The notes under the pieces were generated by a model. It saw only the letters and a list, made by a program, of their open reading frames with translations, searched no databases and was not told the DNA's origin. Of a DNA stretch of 64,000 nt, positions 43,097 to 54,650 are shown piece after piece. This DNA is from Cyanidioschyzon merolae (taxonomy: Eukaryota). Position 1 is the stretch's first letter. Each line of letters begins with the position of its first letter. The position numbers and the translations under genes are program-made. The stretch lies in assembly GCA_000091205.1 (NCBI GenBank), contig AP006493.2, one strand, 5' to 3'.

Positions 43097-46000
43097 ATGA
43101 ATATTGCCGCAGTTTATGTTCAGCGAAAGCGAGATGGTTATACCGTAGCCCGCTGGGAGCAGACGTGGCTCGCTCCATCTGAAAGCAAGCACTTAGCCTG
43201 GCGCGTTGCAAACTACTTCGACCCGCGTAACGTACACGAGCCTGCAACGAGTAGGTTGGAAACACTCATGGCAGAACAAGGCTTTGCTGAGTACGGCCTG
43301 GAGCACTTGGGTGCCGTGGGAGCCAACATCAGCGCCTGGTCAAGTGGAGGCTACTACCAACTCTCCAACCGCCGACTCGCGGGGAGCTACCCAACTTACT
43401 GGCTTGACCCTTTCGAGCTTGCCGTGTCTGAAAACCTCGGTTTGACCGGTGTCGATGCGGAAACTGGCAAACCAGTGGTTTCAGCGCTTCGTGTCTGTGT
43501 GCTGTGGGAGCGAGCGGACGGCCTCTCGGACACGTTAGCCGCGTACGACCTGCTCCACCGGGTGTCAGCGCTCGTTCGTCGATACGATCGACTATTCCAG
43601 TCCGACGTTTTGACGGGAACAGACGCCTCTGATCTATCGGAGTCAGATGAGGAGCTGACGGCGAGCGAGCTCGGACAACGCTGTCGTTTGAACTTGCTCC
43701 TGCAGTACTGTATGCAGGGTGTAGATATGGCGGACGTCGAAAAATGGGTCCAAAACGCTCCGCTTTGTCGAGAATACGATGGAAAAGCCATGAATGCGTG
43801 GCGAAGTCTCTGGGAACGAAAGGAACAGTTACGAGAGCGAGCATTGGCAACCGGCATCCTAAGTGCGGCGGAACTGATAGCTATAGAAAGCGCGAAGGCC
43901 ACCGAGGCACTAAACTCTTCCCAGACACCGGCAGTGGCATCAAAACCTTCGGAGGCAACACAGAAGAAGAAGCATTCCCGAGGGAAAAGGCACAAACGAG
44001 ACAAAGGAAGCAAGCATGCCAAGGAAGCCTCACCAGCAGCAACATCGTCACCCAAGGAGCAAACGGATCCGTTGCAGACCATTATCTTCACACGCACTGC
44101 TTATACGGATGCAACGTTCATGCAAAAAACGCGACAAGCAATCGCTGAAACCCTCTTCGGTACATCCCATGTCCCGGAGAACGAGTGGATGGAGGACTTC
44201 GCATACGCAAAAGCGCTCGATGTACCACCGGTGGAGGCTACCATTGATGATTGGCTCGCCATGCTGGATGCCAAAGCCGCAGAGGAACGAGCAACAGCAG
44301 AAGCAGCAGCCGCAATCAAACGAGTGAACTTGTGGCTTGTAGATGATGAATTCCTCGATCAGAATCCCGGGTTAGCAGCGGAATTGTTCGAGCGAGCACC
44401 CTATTTCGATGGTGAGCGCCTCCTGCAACGCGCATACGATGAATCGTTCTCTGAGCGTGCTTACGCCTATTTCCAGAACGTCTTTTACCTGTTGGAACGT
44501 GGTCATTTTAAGGACGCTCTGGCGATTCTCCAGGATAACATCATGGCTGGTATGGTGCGGCAACGCGTGCTTCGAACAAACCGCGTTCCGAGAGCGCCAG
44601 CGCCCGATTCAGCGAAGACCGAAACCGAAGCAGCCAACACCTCTGCGCAGCAACGTTCTCAGTTTGAGACGGCAGCGGGGCATTCGGCACCGCGGGAAGA
44701 CGTCCTCACCAGCGCTGCAGGTGCCTCCACAGCTGAACGCATGGACGCGCCACGGCAGGACGCTGAGCAGGCCATTCACTTTGCCACGATACCCCGAGGG
44801 GGCCAAACGCAGCCTCTCATCGAGGAAGTCGACGATGCGCCGGAAAGCGCTCCAAAGAGGGAAGCTCTGACGGCATCGGAATCGATGCAACTTACCTCTA
44901 CGGCGATTATCGAAGTGCTGCCCGATGAACAGACCGACGCAGGGTCAGCGCCGGAGCGCCAGACAACAGCACAAGCATTACCGGATGTCGCGGGTGCGGC
45001 TTCAAGCGAATCCCACGCACGAACGACCGGTACTGCAACGGAGAAACCGCACTCGGAACCGGATTCAAACACCTGGGAGCAGAGTGGAACGGAAACTGGT
45101 GTGAAAGCAGGTTCGGCATCGGAGCAGGAATTTGGCAGCGACGACCAGAGCGGCAGGCAAGCTGAAGCCCCGAAACCACGGGCTCGTTTGGAAACCACGG
45201 AGGAGGCGGTGCACCCCCAGGTCTCCGGACTCGGAGAAGAGTCGCAGGATTCGCTGCTATCGGCTGGCGAACATCGGGTTGCACACGAGCTGGTCAAGAA
45301 TGTGATCGACGCGGCACTTGGAGACGCTGTCGACAACGTGTATTCGGAAAACGCCACATTGTCCGCAGTGCCGATGCGATCGGGTCTGAACGAGGCCCCG
45401 ACTGCTGCTTCAGCGACCGTGGACACAGCCTTGGGGTGTCGGCGTTCCCGTTCGACACCGGACGGCGTTCAGGCAGCGTCTGATGAGGGATCGATCACCG
45501 AAACGACTCCACGGGAAGGTGATACCGTAATCGTTCTTGCGCTTGAATCTCAAACAGAAAGGATTTCACTGACAAGAGACGAGAGCAGCGCTCTCGATAA
45601 TGCAGCCACAGCTGGGGCGGTGTCGATTCTTGGTGATCGCGAAAGTCTTCAAGAGCAGCAGCTGGAGCGGATGCCTCTACAAACAATGACAACTACTGCG
45701 TACCAAACAGGTGCAGTTGACGGGAACGCTGCCAACGGGGCACTCGCAATAGCGGACTCGAGTGCACAGCAGCGTACGGGTTCCGAGTCATCATTGCCGC
45801 CTGAGAGCGAAGGACCCGACCCTTCACCAGACCACAAACGTCTTTACCTTCTCGGTTGCTGGTACAAGCTCGCTCTCCACATCCTCGAGAGAATCACTTC
45901 ACTCGACCGAATAGCGACCGAGCAGCGTACGCGCTCCCGCCAGGGAGCCAACGTTCGCATGTCTCCCGAAGACGAGCGGGCTCAGGCGCATTTAAGCAAC

Positions 46001-46468
46001 CTTTTGGCGTACCTGCCGTTGCTACCCAGGCATCGTCAGGCTGCGGTCAATGTGAGTATTGAGAAAAACATGCAGCTGGGCAATTACGGCTACGCGAGAG
46101 GCTGGATCGACTGGGCCTACGACCGGTTCCCTTTTGCGAACAGTGAAGCGACGCGTGCTCGCTACGATCGTATCCTAGATGAATGTGAGGATGCAGCATG
46201 GCAGAACGAATACGTGGTCCCCGAACTTGATCGACTGATGGAGTACTACGGGCGTGGTGCTCTCAAACTACGCGAGTACCTCTTGCTTGCTCAAGAGGAG
46301 GTGAGCGGCCTCTGGAACCTGCCATCTGAGCAGCATTCAAGCGGATCTGAGTCGTCGTCATCGTCCTCGGGAACTGAAAGCGCAAACGAATCCTCTATTG
46401 AAGACGCATCTTCTGTAGAAGAAGATTTAGAAGGCATCGTGCTCAGCGACACCTCCAGTGATGCATAA
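43097..46468 (+). CDS. large hypothetical protein (1123 aa) with long disordered Ser/Ala/Glu-rich regions and an acidic Ser-rich C-terminal tail; no recognised domain
   Basis: A long ORF with complex, non-repetitive N- and C-terminal blocks (…YFQNVFYLLERGHFKDALAIL…; …GWIDWAYDRFPFANSEATRARYDRILDECEDAAWQNEYV…). Confidence 0.45.
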   Translation: MNIAAVYVQRKRDGYTVARWEQTWLAPSESKHLAWRVANYFDPRNVHEPATSRLETLMAEQGFAEYGLEHLGAVGANISAWSSGGYYQLSNRRLAGSYPTYWLDPFELAVSENLGLTGVDAETGKPVVSALRVCVLWERADGLSDTLAAYDLLHRVSALVRRYDRLFQSDVLTGTDASDLSESDEELTASELGQRCRLNLLLQYCMQGVDMADVEKWVQNAPLCREYDGKAMNAWRSLWERKEQLRERALATGILSAAELIAIESAKATEALNSSQTPAVASKPSEATQKKKHSRGKRHKRDKGSKHAKEASPAATSSPKEQTDPLQTIIFTRTAYTDATFMQKTRQAIAETLFGTSHVPENEWMEDFAYAKALDVPPVEATIDDWLAMLDAKAAEERATAEAAAAIKRVNLWLVDDEFLDQNPGLAAELFERAPYFDGERLLQRAYDESFSERAYAYFQNVFYLLERGHFKDALAILQDNIMAGMVRQRVLRTNRVPRAPAPDSAKTETEAANTSAQQRSQFETAAGHSAPREDVLTSAAGASTAERMDAPRQDAEQAIHFATIPRGGQTQPLIEEVDDAPESAPKREALTASESMQLTSTAIIEVLPDEQTDAGSAPERQTTAQALPDVAGAASSESHARTTGTATEKPHSEPDSNTWEQSGTETGVKAGSASEQEFGSDDQSGRQAEAPKPRARLETTEEAVHPQVSGLGEESQDSLLSAGEHRVAHELVKNVIDAALGDAVDNVYSENATLSAVPMRSGLNEAPTAASATVDTALGCRRSRSTPDGVQAASDEGSITETTPREGDTVIVLALESQTERISLTRDESSALDNAATAGAVSILGDRESLQEQQLERMPLQTMTTTAYQTGAVDGNAANGALAIADSSAQQRTGSESSLPPESEGPDPSPDHKRLYLLGCWYKLALHILERITSLDRIATEQRTRSRQGANVRMSPEDERAQAHLSNLLAYLPLLPRHRQAAVNVSIEKNMQLGNYGYARGWIDWAYDRFPFANSEATRARYDRILDECEDAAWQNEYVVPELDRLMEYYGRGALKLREYLLLAQEEVSGLWNLPSEQHSSGSESSSSSSGTESANESSIEDASSVEEDLEGIVLSDTSSDA

Positions 46469-46856
46469 CGCGCTCCACCAGCGCACAGCGTAAACATTGG
46501 CAGAAGCGGTATCACGAGAAGCAGGCACAACTGGGAGTATAAATCTGGCGTCTGGTGGGCGATCATCCCATGAGAGCATCCACGGGACCGGTCTCGCCCC
46601 GTTCGGAAGACATCCAAGACGAGACCTCTGCGACGACGACGAAGCTGCAAAGAGTCTCGGATCTGGCTTCGGCAGAATGCCGAGGTTCGGTACCCAACGA
46701 AACCGGTGCTTCCTCTGAAGCTTGCAGTACCAGATGACGGGTCTGGTACCAGGCGGATCGCGTTCCTTGATCCGGGATCGAATCAGGTGTTCCGCAGCGG
46801 AGAACTTGCTCTTTCACATACAAATCCATGCTCCTGATCAAGGGTGTGAGGTTGTT

Positions 46857-49130
46857 TTACGAGTCTCCGGCGCGAGACGATGCATGCGACGCTGGTAGAC
46901 TGCTCTGCAAATGCCGCTGGGTCAGTCGCAGAGCGTTACGCTCCTCCAGCATGGCCACATAGGGACTGGATAAGTAGGTGCCGGTGCGCAAACGCTGCAA
47001 CGTAGCCTCGTGGATATGTAGATGGACTCGAAGGAGCGCCAGATCTCGCTGAAGCTGTCGGAAGCGTGTTTCATAGACATTGCAGGTCGTACACATGGCA
47101 TCCGCATTCGCGGTGCAGCTCGGAACATCCAAGGCTTCTGTCGTTCCCGCGTTCTTGTCTACAGCATCGCAAAACGACTGCTGCCAGCCCAGGTAGACGC
47201 AACTCGAACGAAGCCAGTCGAGTTCATTCCATAGTCGAAACCGCCGATCACTCACATGTGCCCGTATTCGCATTCTCCATAGACGAATCTGCGTCTGGAG
47301 ATGTTCCAGCTCCTGTCGACCGTGCTGTTCCAGCTGTTCCAGGGCAGCAATCGCTCTCTCCCATCGAGTTGCGGCTGTACAGACGGTTGAAGCTCGCACA
47401 TGGCGAGACTCCGAGACGGCGAGCGCCGTGCTCGCGGTCAAAGCCGAAGCTCGCGCCTCTCCGTGATGAGCAGTGTTGCTCGTTGATTCGTCAAGAACCC
47501 TGTCCTGGTTCGCGGAAAGCGTGTCACTTTCGACTGATGGACGCTGCTGATGCCTGTTACGCTTCTCTGCGCTGTCCGTCGCTATGAATAGCGTCGCAAG
47601 CGTCTGCGGAGACGTTGTGGCGTTGAGCGCAACATGCTCATTCATAGAGCGTTGTCCATTCGTATTCTCGTCGAGACCTGAGCCTGCGCTTTCCAGCAGC
47701 GGGCCTGATACGGGTTCCGCATCCGCGATTCCGGTGGTTTCTAGGGCCATCCTCACTGCTTCCTCGTTTGCTAGTGCATGACCCAATGGTTCTGACATCG
47801 ACACCGTGGGCCTCTTCGCGACTTCACCTTGCGATGTTGCGATCCGACGCTCTGCTGCTGCATTCTCGTGCAGCGCTGCTGAGCTGTTCTGCCGTGATCC
47901 CACCAGGCTCGCCGGTGAAGGCCGCATGGGATCAGCATTTCCATAAGATTGCGTCTCCGTTGCTAGAGCTGGCGTCCTCAGGGTTTCAGGCACAGAAATC
48001 GTTGTTGCATTCGCTGAAAAATCCGTATCGGCTTGTGCTGCGGATGGCACAACGTCTTCGTCTGCGTGAAGCATCGCTAGCGATCCTGCAACGTTGCTCG
48101 CGTGCTCATATTCACATACGCGATGTTCAGCAGTCTTCGAGCGCTTTTTGAGCTCCGAAGCATCCATACATTGCTTCACAGGTTCTGTGTCAGACATATG
48201 GGCCAGCATTCCCGTACCCGTGAACGCATGCTCCTCCTCGTGAGACGTTGATGTACCGCCATCGCCGACGACATGCTCTGGAGCATCCCCGTGCAATGCA
48301 TGTTCGTCAAGGAAATCATCGTCTCCGCTGGTCTCATGTTCATATCGAGGACTTGTCATCGAAGCGTATTCAGAGAGTGTCGGACTCGCGACTGAGCGGC
48401 TCGCTTCTGCCGAATTCCACGATGCGCTCAGGCTGCCTGCTCGAGATGCGAAAGACTCAAAAGTTTCCCGCTCCGCCGATTCTCTGGATGCGTCTTCATC
48501 CGATGTCGTGACTTCGGGCGACCTCGCTGGCGTTGCCAGCACGGCATTTGCTGGAGCACACGTTCCCTGTGAACCGCACTGTTCCGAAGAGCCAACCTGG
48601 GGTTCCAGCTTCGACTCCAGGGCGCTTTCGAGACAACGACAATCATCACCTGCACAAGCCGGACTCTGATCAGCGGCTGTTCTTCGTGCGTGTGTTTCAA
48701 GCGATGAGTGTGAGCCATGGGTACCAGGTGCGCGCTCCTTCGGCAGCGTCTGCGAGGTTTCAGAGTCTAGTCTGGTCGATCGAACCCCGTCTTGGCCTTC
48801 TGACTGCTTTCGGACCAGCTCGCGTTGCCACTGGCGCCACGCAGTACGCTCAGAATCCAGTCGCAAACGTCGCTCATAGAAGGGCGATAGGAGCGGCTCT
48901 GCACCACACTCGGTACAACAGCCGCAGAAGCGCGACGCAGGGATGCCGTAGCTCCGAGCCATATTTTCCCGGTTCTTCGCCGCTTGCTCCTCGAAAAGCT
49001 TACGAATTGCATCCATGCTGGAGCGTCCGGTCAGCCTAACGACCGGTAGCGCGAGCTTCAGCTTTGCGCAGAACGAGGGCCGAATCCCTGCGGGTCCGTG
49101 AGGCACCGGGAAACCCCCGCGAGGCTGCAA
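46857..49130 (-). CDS. hypothetical protein (757 aa), Ser/Ala-rich and low-complexity, with a coiled C-terminal region
   Basis: A long ORF convergent with 43097..46468. No family recognised, and the composition bias raises the chance that part of it is spurious. Confidence 0.35.
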   Translation of the reverse strand: MQPRGGFPVPHGPAGIRPSFCAKLKLALPVVRLTGRSSMDAIRKLFEEQAAKNRENMARSYGIPASRFCGCCTECGAEPLLSPFYERRLRLDSERTAWRQWQRELVRKQSEGQDGVRSTRLDSETSQTLPKERAPGTHGSHSSLETHARRTAADQSPACAGDDCRCLESALESKLEPQVGSSEQCGSQGTCAPANAVLATPARSPEVTTSDEDASRESAERETFESFASRAGSLSASWNSAEASRSVASPTLSEYASMTSPRYEHETSGDDDFLDEHALHGDAPEHVVGDGGTSTSHEEEHAFTGTGMLAHMSDTEPVKQCMDASELKKRSKTAEHRVCEYEHASNVAGSLAMLHADEDVVPSAAQADTDFSANATTISVPETLRTPALATETQSYGNADPMRPSPASLVGSRQNSSAALHENAAAERRIATSQGEVAKRPTVSMSEPLGHALANEEAVRMALETTGIADAEPVSGPLLESAGSGLDENTNGQRSMNEHVALNATTSPQTLATLFIATDSAEKRNRHQQRPSVESDTLSANQDRVLDESTSNTAHHGEARASALTASTALAVSESRHVRASTVCTAATRWERAIAALEQLEQHGRQELEHLQTQIRLWRMRIRAHVSDRRFRLWNELDWLRSSCVYLGWQQSFCDAVDKNAGTTEALDVPSCTANADAMCTTCNVYETRFRQLQRDLALLRVHLHIHEATLQRLRTGTYLSSPYVAMLEERNALRLTQRHLQSSLPASHASSRAGDS

Positions 49131-49655
49131 CGTCCCCAGAAGCGCCCTCAGCCCTGTAAAGACAGTAGCTTGAGCGTACCGAACAGCTCAAAGTATTTGA
49201 TGCTGCACACGAGGAGTCAAGTTGCCGGTTAAGGTTCCGAACGAGTCGAGGGCCAAGAACGCCAGTTACGAGTTGCGCATCTTCGCGGTCCCGTTTACGC
49301 CCTGGTGCGGTGGAACGTGGACGTTCGTTTGGAGAATCCGCAAAAGGCCGCGAGAGTATCTCAAAGCCTCAGGGACGCTTCGGACGCGACTCTGCCAGGG
49401 AATGGGTGCAAGTATTGAAGAAATTTGGGATAGGTCGATATGATGCAGCCGCTGGTAGGGACCCCTGGCGTCGCAGAGCATGCGGCACGTGTGGCCCACG
49501 CTACACGTTGCCAGGGCAGCGCTCCAAGGCACAGAGACGATATCGGTATCACGAGACCCCGGTAGTGACGTGTGACAATAGCAGAGCGGGGAACGTGTTT
49601 TATGGTGTTGATTCGCTGGCCTAAACTCATTCATATCGAATGATGGAACATCATG

Positions 49656-51704
49656 ATCGAGTACCAATGGCCTACGAGAATCGTTCTTGATGTTCATATG
49701 TAGAGCGCTCCAGTTGTGCTGGATTGCTCAATAGCTCCATCCCGGTGCCGTGCTTCGAATGAGAATCCAAAGCGCTGTCACTTCATGACGGATTCTATTC
49801 CATCGGAGCGTTTCGGCATTTCACCACATTGCCTAGACCGATTCCTCCACAGTTCAATCGAAAGATCGCTCGGCACCAAGGCGCTGGGCGCCCCGAAAGC
49901 ACGCGACATTCTCGGATATCCATCAGGGTGTTCAAGTCGAGATCCAGAGAGAGATAGAGAGAGACAGAGACAGAGAGAGCTCGCGTGCATGCTTGCCGGT
50001 GGAATCGTACCATAGCAGGCCGCTCATTTTCGATCGCCTCCCCTGATGACATTTGCTCAGCTTCGTGTTCGCCATCTCGTGCACCAGACTCGCTCTGCTT
50101 CACGCTCGTTTTCTCGGCAGGTTCCGGCTCGTACTCGCGCCCGTGATGCACCCTTTTGTGGTCTCGAATCCATCGATGGGAATCGTGCAGGAATCGATTC
50201 TGGAGTTGTTGAGTTGTTGCAAGCTTTCGTCGAAGGCACAGGGCGGTACCCGTCGCACGCTACAGCGTGTCCAGCGCCCTACGCTACCACCGAGCGACGC
50301 GACTTGTCAGGCCCAGCCTTTTCCATTTCATTCCGGAAGTTGGTGAATGCGCGATTCTTGCCTCTGCGCAACCGCATCGCGGTCTCTTGGACGCTTGCCG
50401 GAGACCTTTCGCATCAGCAGAGTGAACGCTCAAGAGCACACTGAATGAGGCACGGGAAGCGTCCGTCTCTCCCGGACGCGGTGCACGGGGTGTCGAGACG
50501 GCTCACGCTGCCGTCAGTCAGCTTGCTGGCGGTTTGTCTCTCGGCACCCATCGGATCTGAACCGCAATCACATAGAGTCCTGGGGAAGTTGCGCAGGTGT
50601 ATCCACTTTCAGTTCATATCTTCGGACAAGTCCTCTCGATTGAGCGGTATGGCGGCGGTCATGATATATTCTGCAAACCGGGAACAACGCTCACCACAGA
50701 GTCTGGCTCCTCACTTGCCATGAACAGATGAAAACGAGGGTCGCTGTGCGACTGAGGCATAGGTTTCACAAAGTGCACGCTCGCTGGTATTCCATCGGTC
50801 TCCATGGTCGCTGGAAACCGCTTCTCAAGTGCTGCTTGCAAAGGAGAAACCTGGAACGAGCTCCGCCGATGCCCTACGCGAAGCTGTTCGCAAGAAGCAC
50901 AGTTGCTCGCAGAGATCAGCTGCAGCTTACTCAGGAGGATATCAAGTAGGCGGCGCAAGGATCTATGCCGACATCATGGGTCTGTACCCGACGTACAGAG
51001 ATGACATGGAGTAGACGCTTCGGGAGACAAGGTCGCTCGGGTTCGGGGAGGGCGCCTCTACCGCGCTGCACCACTAGGCTCTGTGCTGCTCTGCAGCGCT
51101 CTGCTCTGGAATACGTCGCAGCGCAAGACGCTAGTAGGGCAGGCGTCACGTCTCAAGTATCCTTCGCGCACGACGGTTACCAGTCCGAGACCGAGAGCAA
51201 CACGATGCGCTTGGGTGGTATAAAACGTGTGTCGCTCTCGTTGCGACAGCTCTTCTGAACCCGCTCCATCTCGACCGCTGGTGGCTCCACCAGCTCGCCA
51301 TCTGTCTTCATGAACAGACCCAAGAAAACCTTTCACCAGCGCCCAGTTTCCTGGGCCAGTAAGCGAATGCACAAAGGTCACAGGGTGCGCTTCACCAGGC
51401 GCTCCAGACTGGCTTGCATACTGTTTTCGTGTTCGAACCTAGTTTCGTACGTTTTGGCACCGGTTTCATCGATGTTGTCATAGAGGACGCGGTGCGACGA
51501 AGCGTGACGTTAGTCTGGGAAGTGTTTGTGTGCTCATCCCGTATCCGATTTTCAGACCTTGAGCCGTCTTGAGTCGCGAGCGTCAGCTGTGCTGCATCAC
51601 GAGGGTTTCATCGAAACACTGCACAGAACTGAGGACCGCTCGCAACTCAGGTACCGTAACGCTTATGAGCAACTGCTAGGCAAGAAGTGTCAAGACTAAA
51701 GAAG
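49656..51704. repeat. large direct repeat DR2, copy B
   Basis: See DR2 copy A. Confidence 0.9.
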
Positions 51705-53018
51705 CTACGTAACCAATCATGGCATCCTGCATCTTTCGGTGCCAAGCTTGTGATCGACTTGTGCTCTGACCTCTGAACGTAAATGGTTTTTGATGACAGC
51801 GTACATGACATTGACCGGATTAAACTAGGGAGCGTAGACCGACACGAAGAGCCGCTCAACATCAATCTCCGCAGCGCACTCCTTGACAGCATTTTAAATA
51901 CAGAAGGCGACGTTGTCGCGGAGCAGAAGAGACGAATACGGGAAGTGAAAGCCACGACGTGCTTCTACGACGGATGAGATATTGAGCGTTCGTATTCTAC
52001 TTGGGATTTTTAGGCTACAACACGAGTTGTGTACATGCACAGGTCTCCCATACCAACCAAATGAACGCTGATAGAATCAGATGAAACCCGTCCCTTTTGC
52101 AATTCGCGGTCGCGTTCAAGTGTGAAATCGAGAGTGTGTTGAACAGCGAACAGACTTCTCGCACAGAAGCGTACATATTTCTTTTCCCGTCTGTGTCGCT
52201 TCATAATCGTTCATATCAATGGTATGGAATATCACGTCCTGTTGCTTGTATGATGGCATTTCTTTGCGCACGCACAGAGTGGAAGGGATTGACGAGGGTA
52301 CCATGGGTACATAGCGTTTGACCTTTTCTGGTTTGGGTGCTCGACGTTCACAACAGGAACAAGCGCACGGATTGCTCAACCACCCGCTGACTATAGAATG
52401 AATGACGCGACGAGTACTGTCGTTTCTCGACAAGCTAGCATTGGCGTCACAGACAGCTCTACGCGACCATTTTCCAATCTAGAGGATATACTCCTTTTGT
52501 TGGATACTTGCCGAAAAACAGACAACGACAAAGAGAGCGTTGCTGTAATGATGTACGAGATTTCACTGCTCTGAGTATAACTGCATTTGAGTAGCATTCT
52601 GTAGGAAAAAGCGTTCAATAGTGCTCACCTACCAGCTTCAAACGGTGTGCGATGAGCGCCTAAATGCGCTCTCCCTCTTGAGCCTTCCTGGAGCAAAGGA
52701 CTCTCCACAGGACTGGAAATATACGCATGTACACGTCCAATAGAGATATTGAAATGCTTCCGAGCTATGAGCAGCCAGCATCTCTGAAGAACACAGGAAA
52801 AGTGCGCATACGTACGACCAAGATCGACGTGTCACTGTATTCGCGCAGTTGAGCTGCGACGTTCTCTCTAAATGGACAACAACGACGCGCATTTCGTTGT
52901 CCAAATATAAAGCGTTGACATTTTTGAACGTTTGCATTCCTTGAAGACTCACGAATTTGGTCCAGTCTTCCGCTGCACATGATGCGGCCCGAGTCGCCAT
53001 CCAGGGCGCTCTTGTCCC

Positions 53019-54425
53019 ATGAAATCAGGCAGCGACAGCCAAAGCCGTCATTCTGAGAACCCAGAGCGACCCAACCCCTGCCCAAGTCTGGAATACATGA
53101 TCTTTTATCGATTTCGTCAAAAGAAAACCCCAGCTCTGTATGAATTGCGCGAACAGGTCCCCCTCGGGTCAAGCATGAACCCGGCCTTTGCGCTCTGGCA
53201 ACGCGTGCGGAAAACCATCACAATAGCGATATTGCAGTATCCAACTGTTTGCTTCTTCAACAGCTCCGGTTCACATGGCCGTGACTTTTTATATACTGCA
53301 CTGCTTGTAGAGCGGGTTTTGTCTGCCATTGCATACCCGTCTCCATACTCACCGAGAGCGAAGAAATTGTCAAGGTTGACGGAGCACTGCCTCATGCAGG
53401 GTCTGCGGCGAACGCTGCTCCACCTACGAGGCGCACTCCAGCGGTCGAGACGCTTGCCCTGCTCTTGCTATCCTGCTGGAGCGGTCTCGCTCTTTGCTCT
53501 GCCTGAGCGAGAGACGGTCACGGGTGCTCACAGAGGGAACACTTCAGGACGACAGGCCCTAGCGAGTTGTACGTCACGCTTGATGACGAGCTTGCGTGCT
53601 CGTCTGCGGGAGCGGATCGACTGGCAGTCGAGCCTGCCACTTCTGGACGCGTTGGTGGACGCTCGCCGGACAATGTTGTCCCCGGCTTACTTAGCTCAAT
53701 ATGCTGCTGCATCAGCAGCAGCTGCCGGGCTCTATGGAGCAACTGCTTGGACTGGCGATGCAACGGATGATTCCAGAACCGGTGCTAGAAACGACACATC
53801 AACTAACGGTGAACGCAAGTTGGCTACTTCGTCACTCCCGACTATTACAGAAGCGAGCACCGCTAACGGAACCCGATCCGACGGGCCGTACCGAGCACCA
53901 CCTATCACCGCTCGAGTGGTGGAACGAGCCGGACGTCGGGTTGCGTCTCGGGAGGGACCTCATCACATAGGACTCGGCTGGTTAACGACTGTCGCTTCAG
54001 CTGGTGCGAAGGCACTAGCTCTGATTCTAGTGCAGACGCTTATTGCCGGTGCAGTGATGTATGTTTGGACGCATCCACAGGCACTGTTGACCGCCTCGCT
54101 GATCGCCATGATTGCGTACGCTTCGAATCCGACAGAAACGAGCTTCCTCGAATGGAGTCGTCGGAAGGCACCGGTTATTGCTGCTCAGAAACAGGGATTT
54201 GACGCCTTTCGAACTCGTCTGGCGCCCTACCTCCTTCGCTTTCAGGACTGGGAGTACTTTGATTTTGGTTTGTTCAGTGTTGTTCGAGTCCGTGATTTTG
54301 CCGACTACGTCTACCTTTACATCGGTGTGCTGAATCGATGGTATTTGACGGGTTGGTACCTGGATGCCCCCGAAACAGATATCCGATGGGAGGAAGTGCG
54401 ACAAGCCAATGGTAGCCGCTCATAG
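53019..54425 (+). CDS. hypothetical membrane protein; only the C-terminal roughly 120 aa (TM helix plus DWEYFDFGLFSVVRVRDFADYVYLYIGVLNRWY) look domain-like
   Basis: ORF only. The N-terminal 300 aa are Ala/Arg/Ser-rich, and no family is recognised. Confidence 0.35.
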   Translation: MKSGSDSQSRHSENPERPNPCPSLEYMIFYRFRQKKTPALYELREQVPLGSSMNPAFALWQRVRKTITIAILQYPTVCFFNSSGSHGRDFLYTALLVERVLSAIAYPSPYSPRAKKLSRLTEHCLMQGLRRTLLHLRGALQRSRRLPCSCYPAGAVSLFALPERETVTGAHRGNTSGRQALASCTSRLMTSLRARLRERIDWQSSLPLLDALVDARRTMLSPAYLAQYAAASAAAAGLYGATAWTGDATDDSRTGARNDTSTNGERKLATSSLPTITEASTANGTRSDGPYRAPPITARVVERAGRRVASREGPHHIGLGWLTTVASAGAKALALILVQTLIAGAVMYVWTHPQALLTASLIAMIAYASNPTETSFLEWSRRKAPVIAAQKQGFDAFRTRLAPYLLRFQDWEYFDFGLFSVVRVRDFADYVYLYIGVLNRWYLTGWYLDAPETDIRWEEVRQANGSRS

Positions 54426-54650
54426 GTCACCCCTGATCATGAGTGCCGCCACTGGTGCAACGCAAGTTGGTTTCGTCCCTGATGCGCGTAATCGAATACT
54501 TTTTCGCAGTGTAGAGCCGGAGATTGAAATCCCGATGCAGTGTACCGTATAGATCGCAGACGAACTGCCTGTAAGGTGTATTCCTTACTGAGCCGTGTAA
54601 CGATGACTGCGTTCCTCATCCAGGTCAGTCATACCATAGTAATCTAATGG

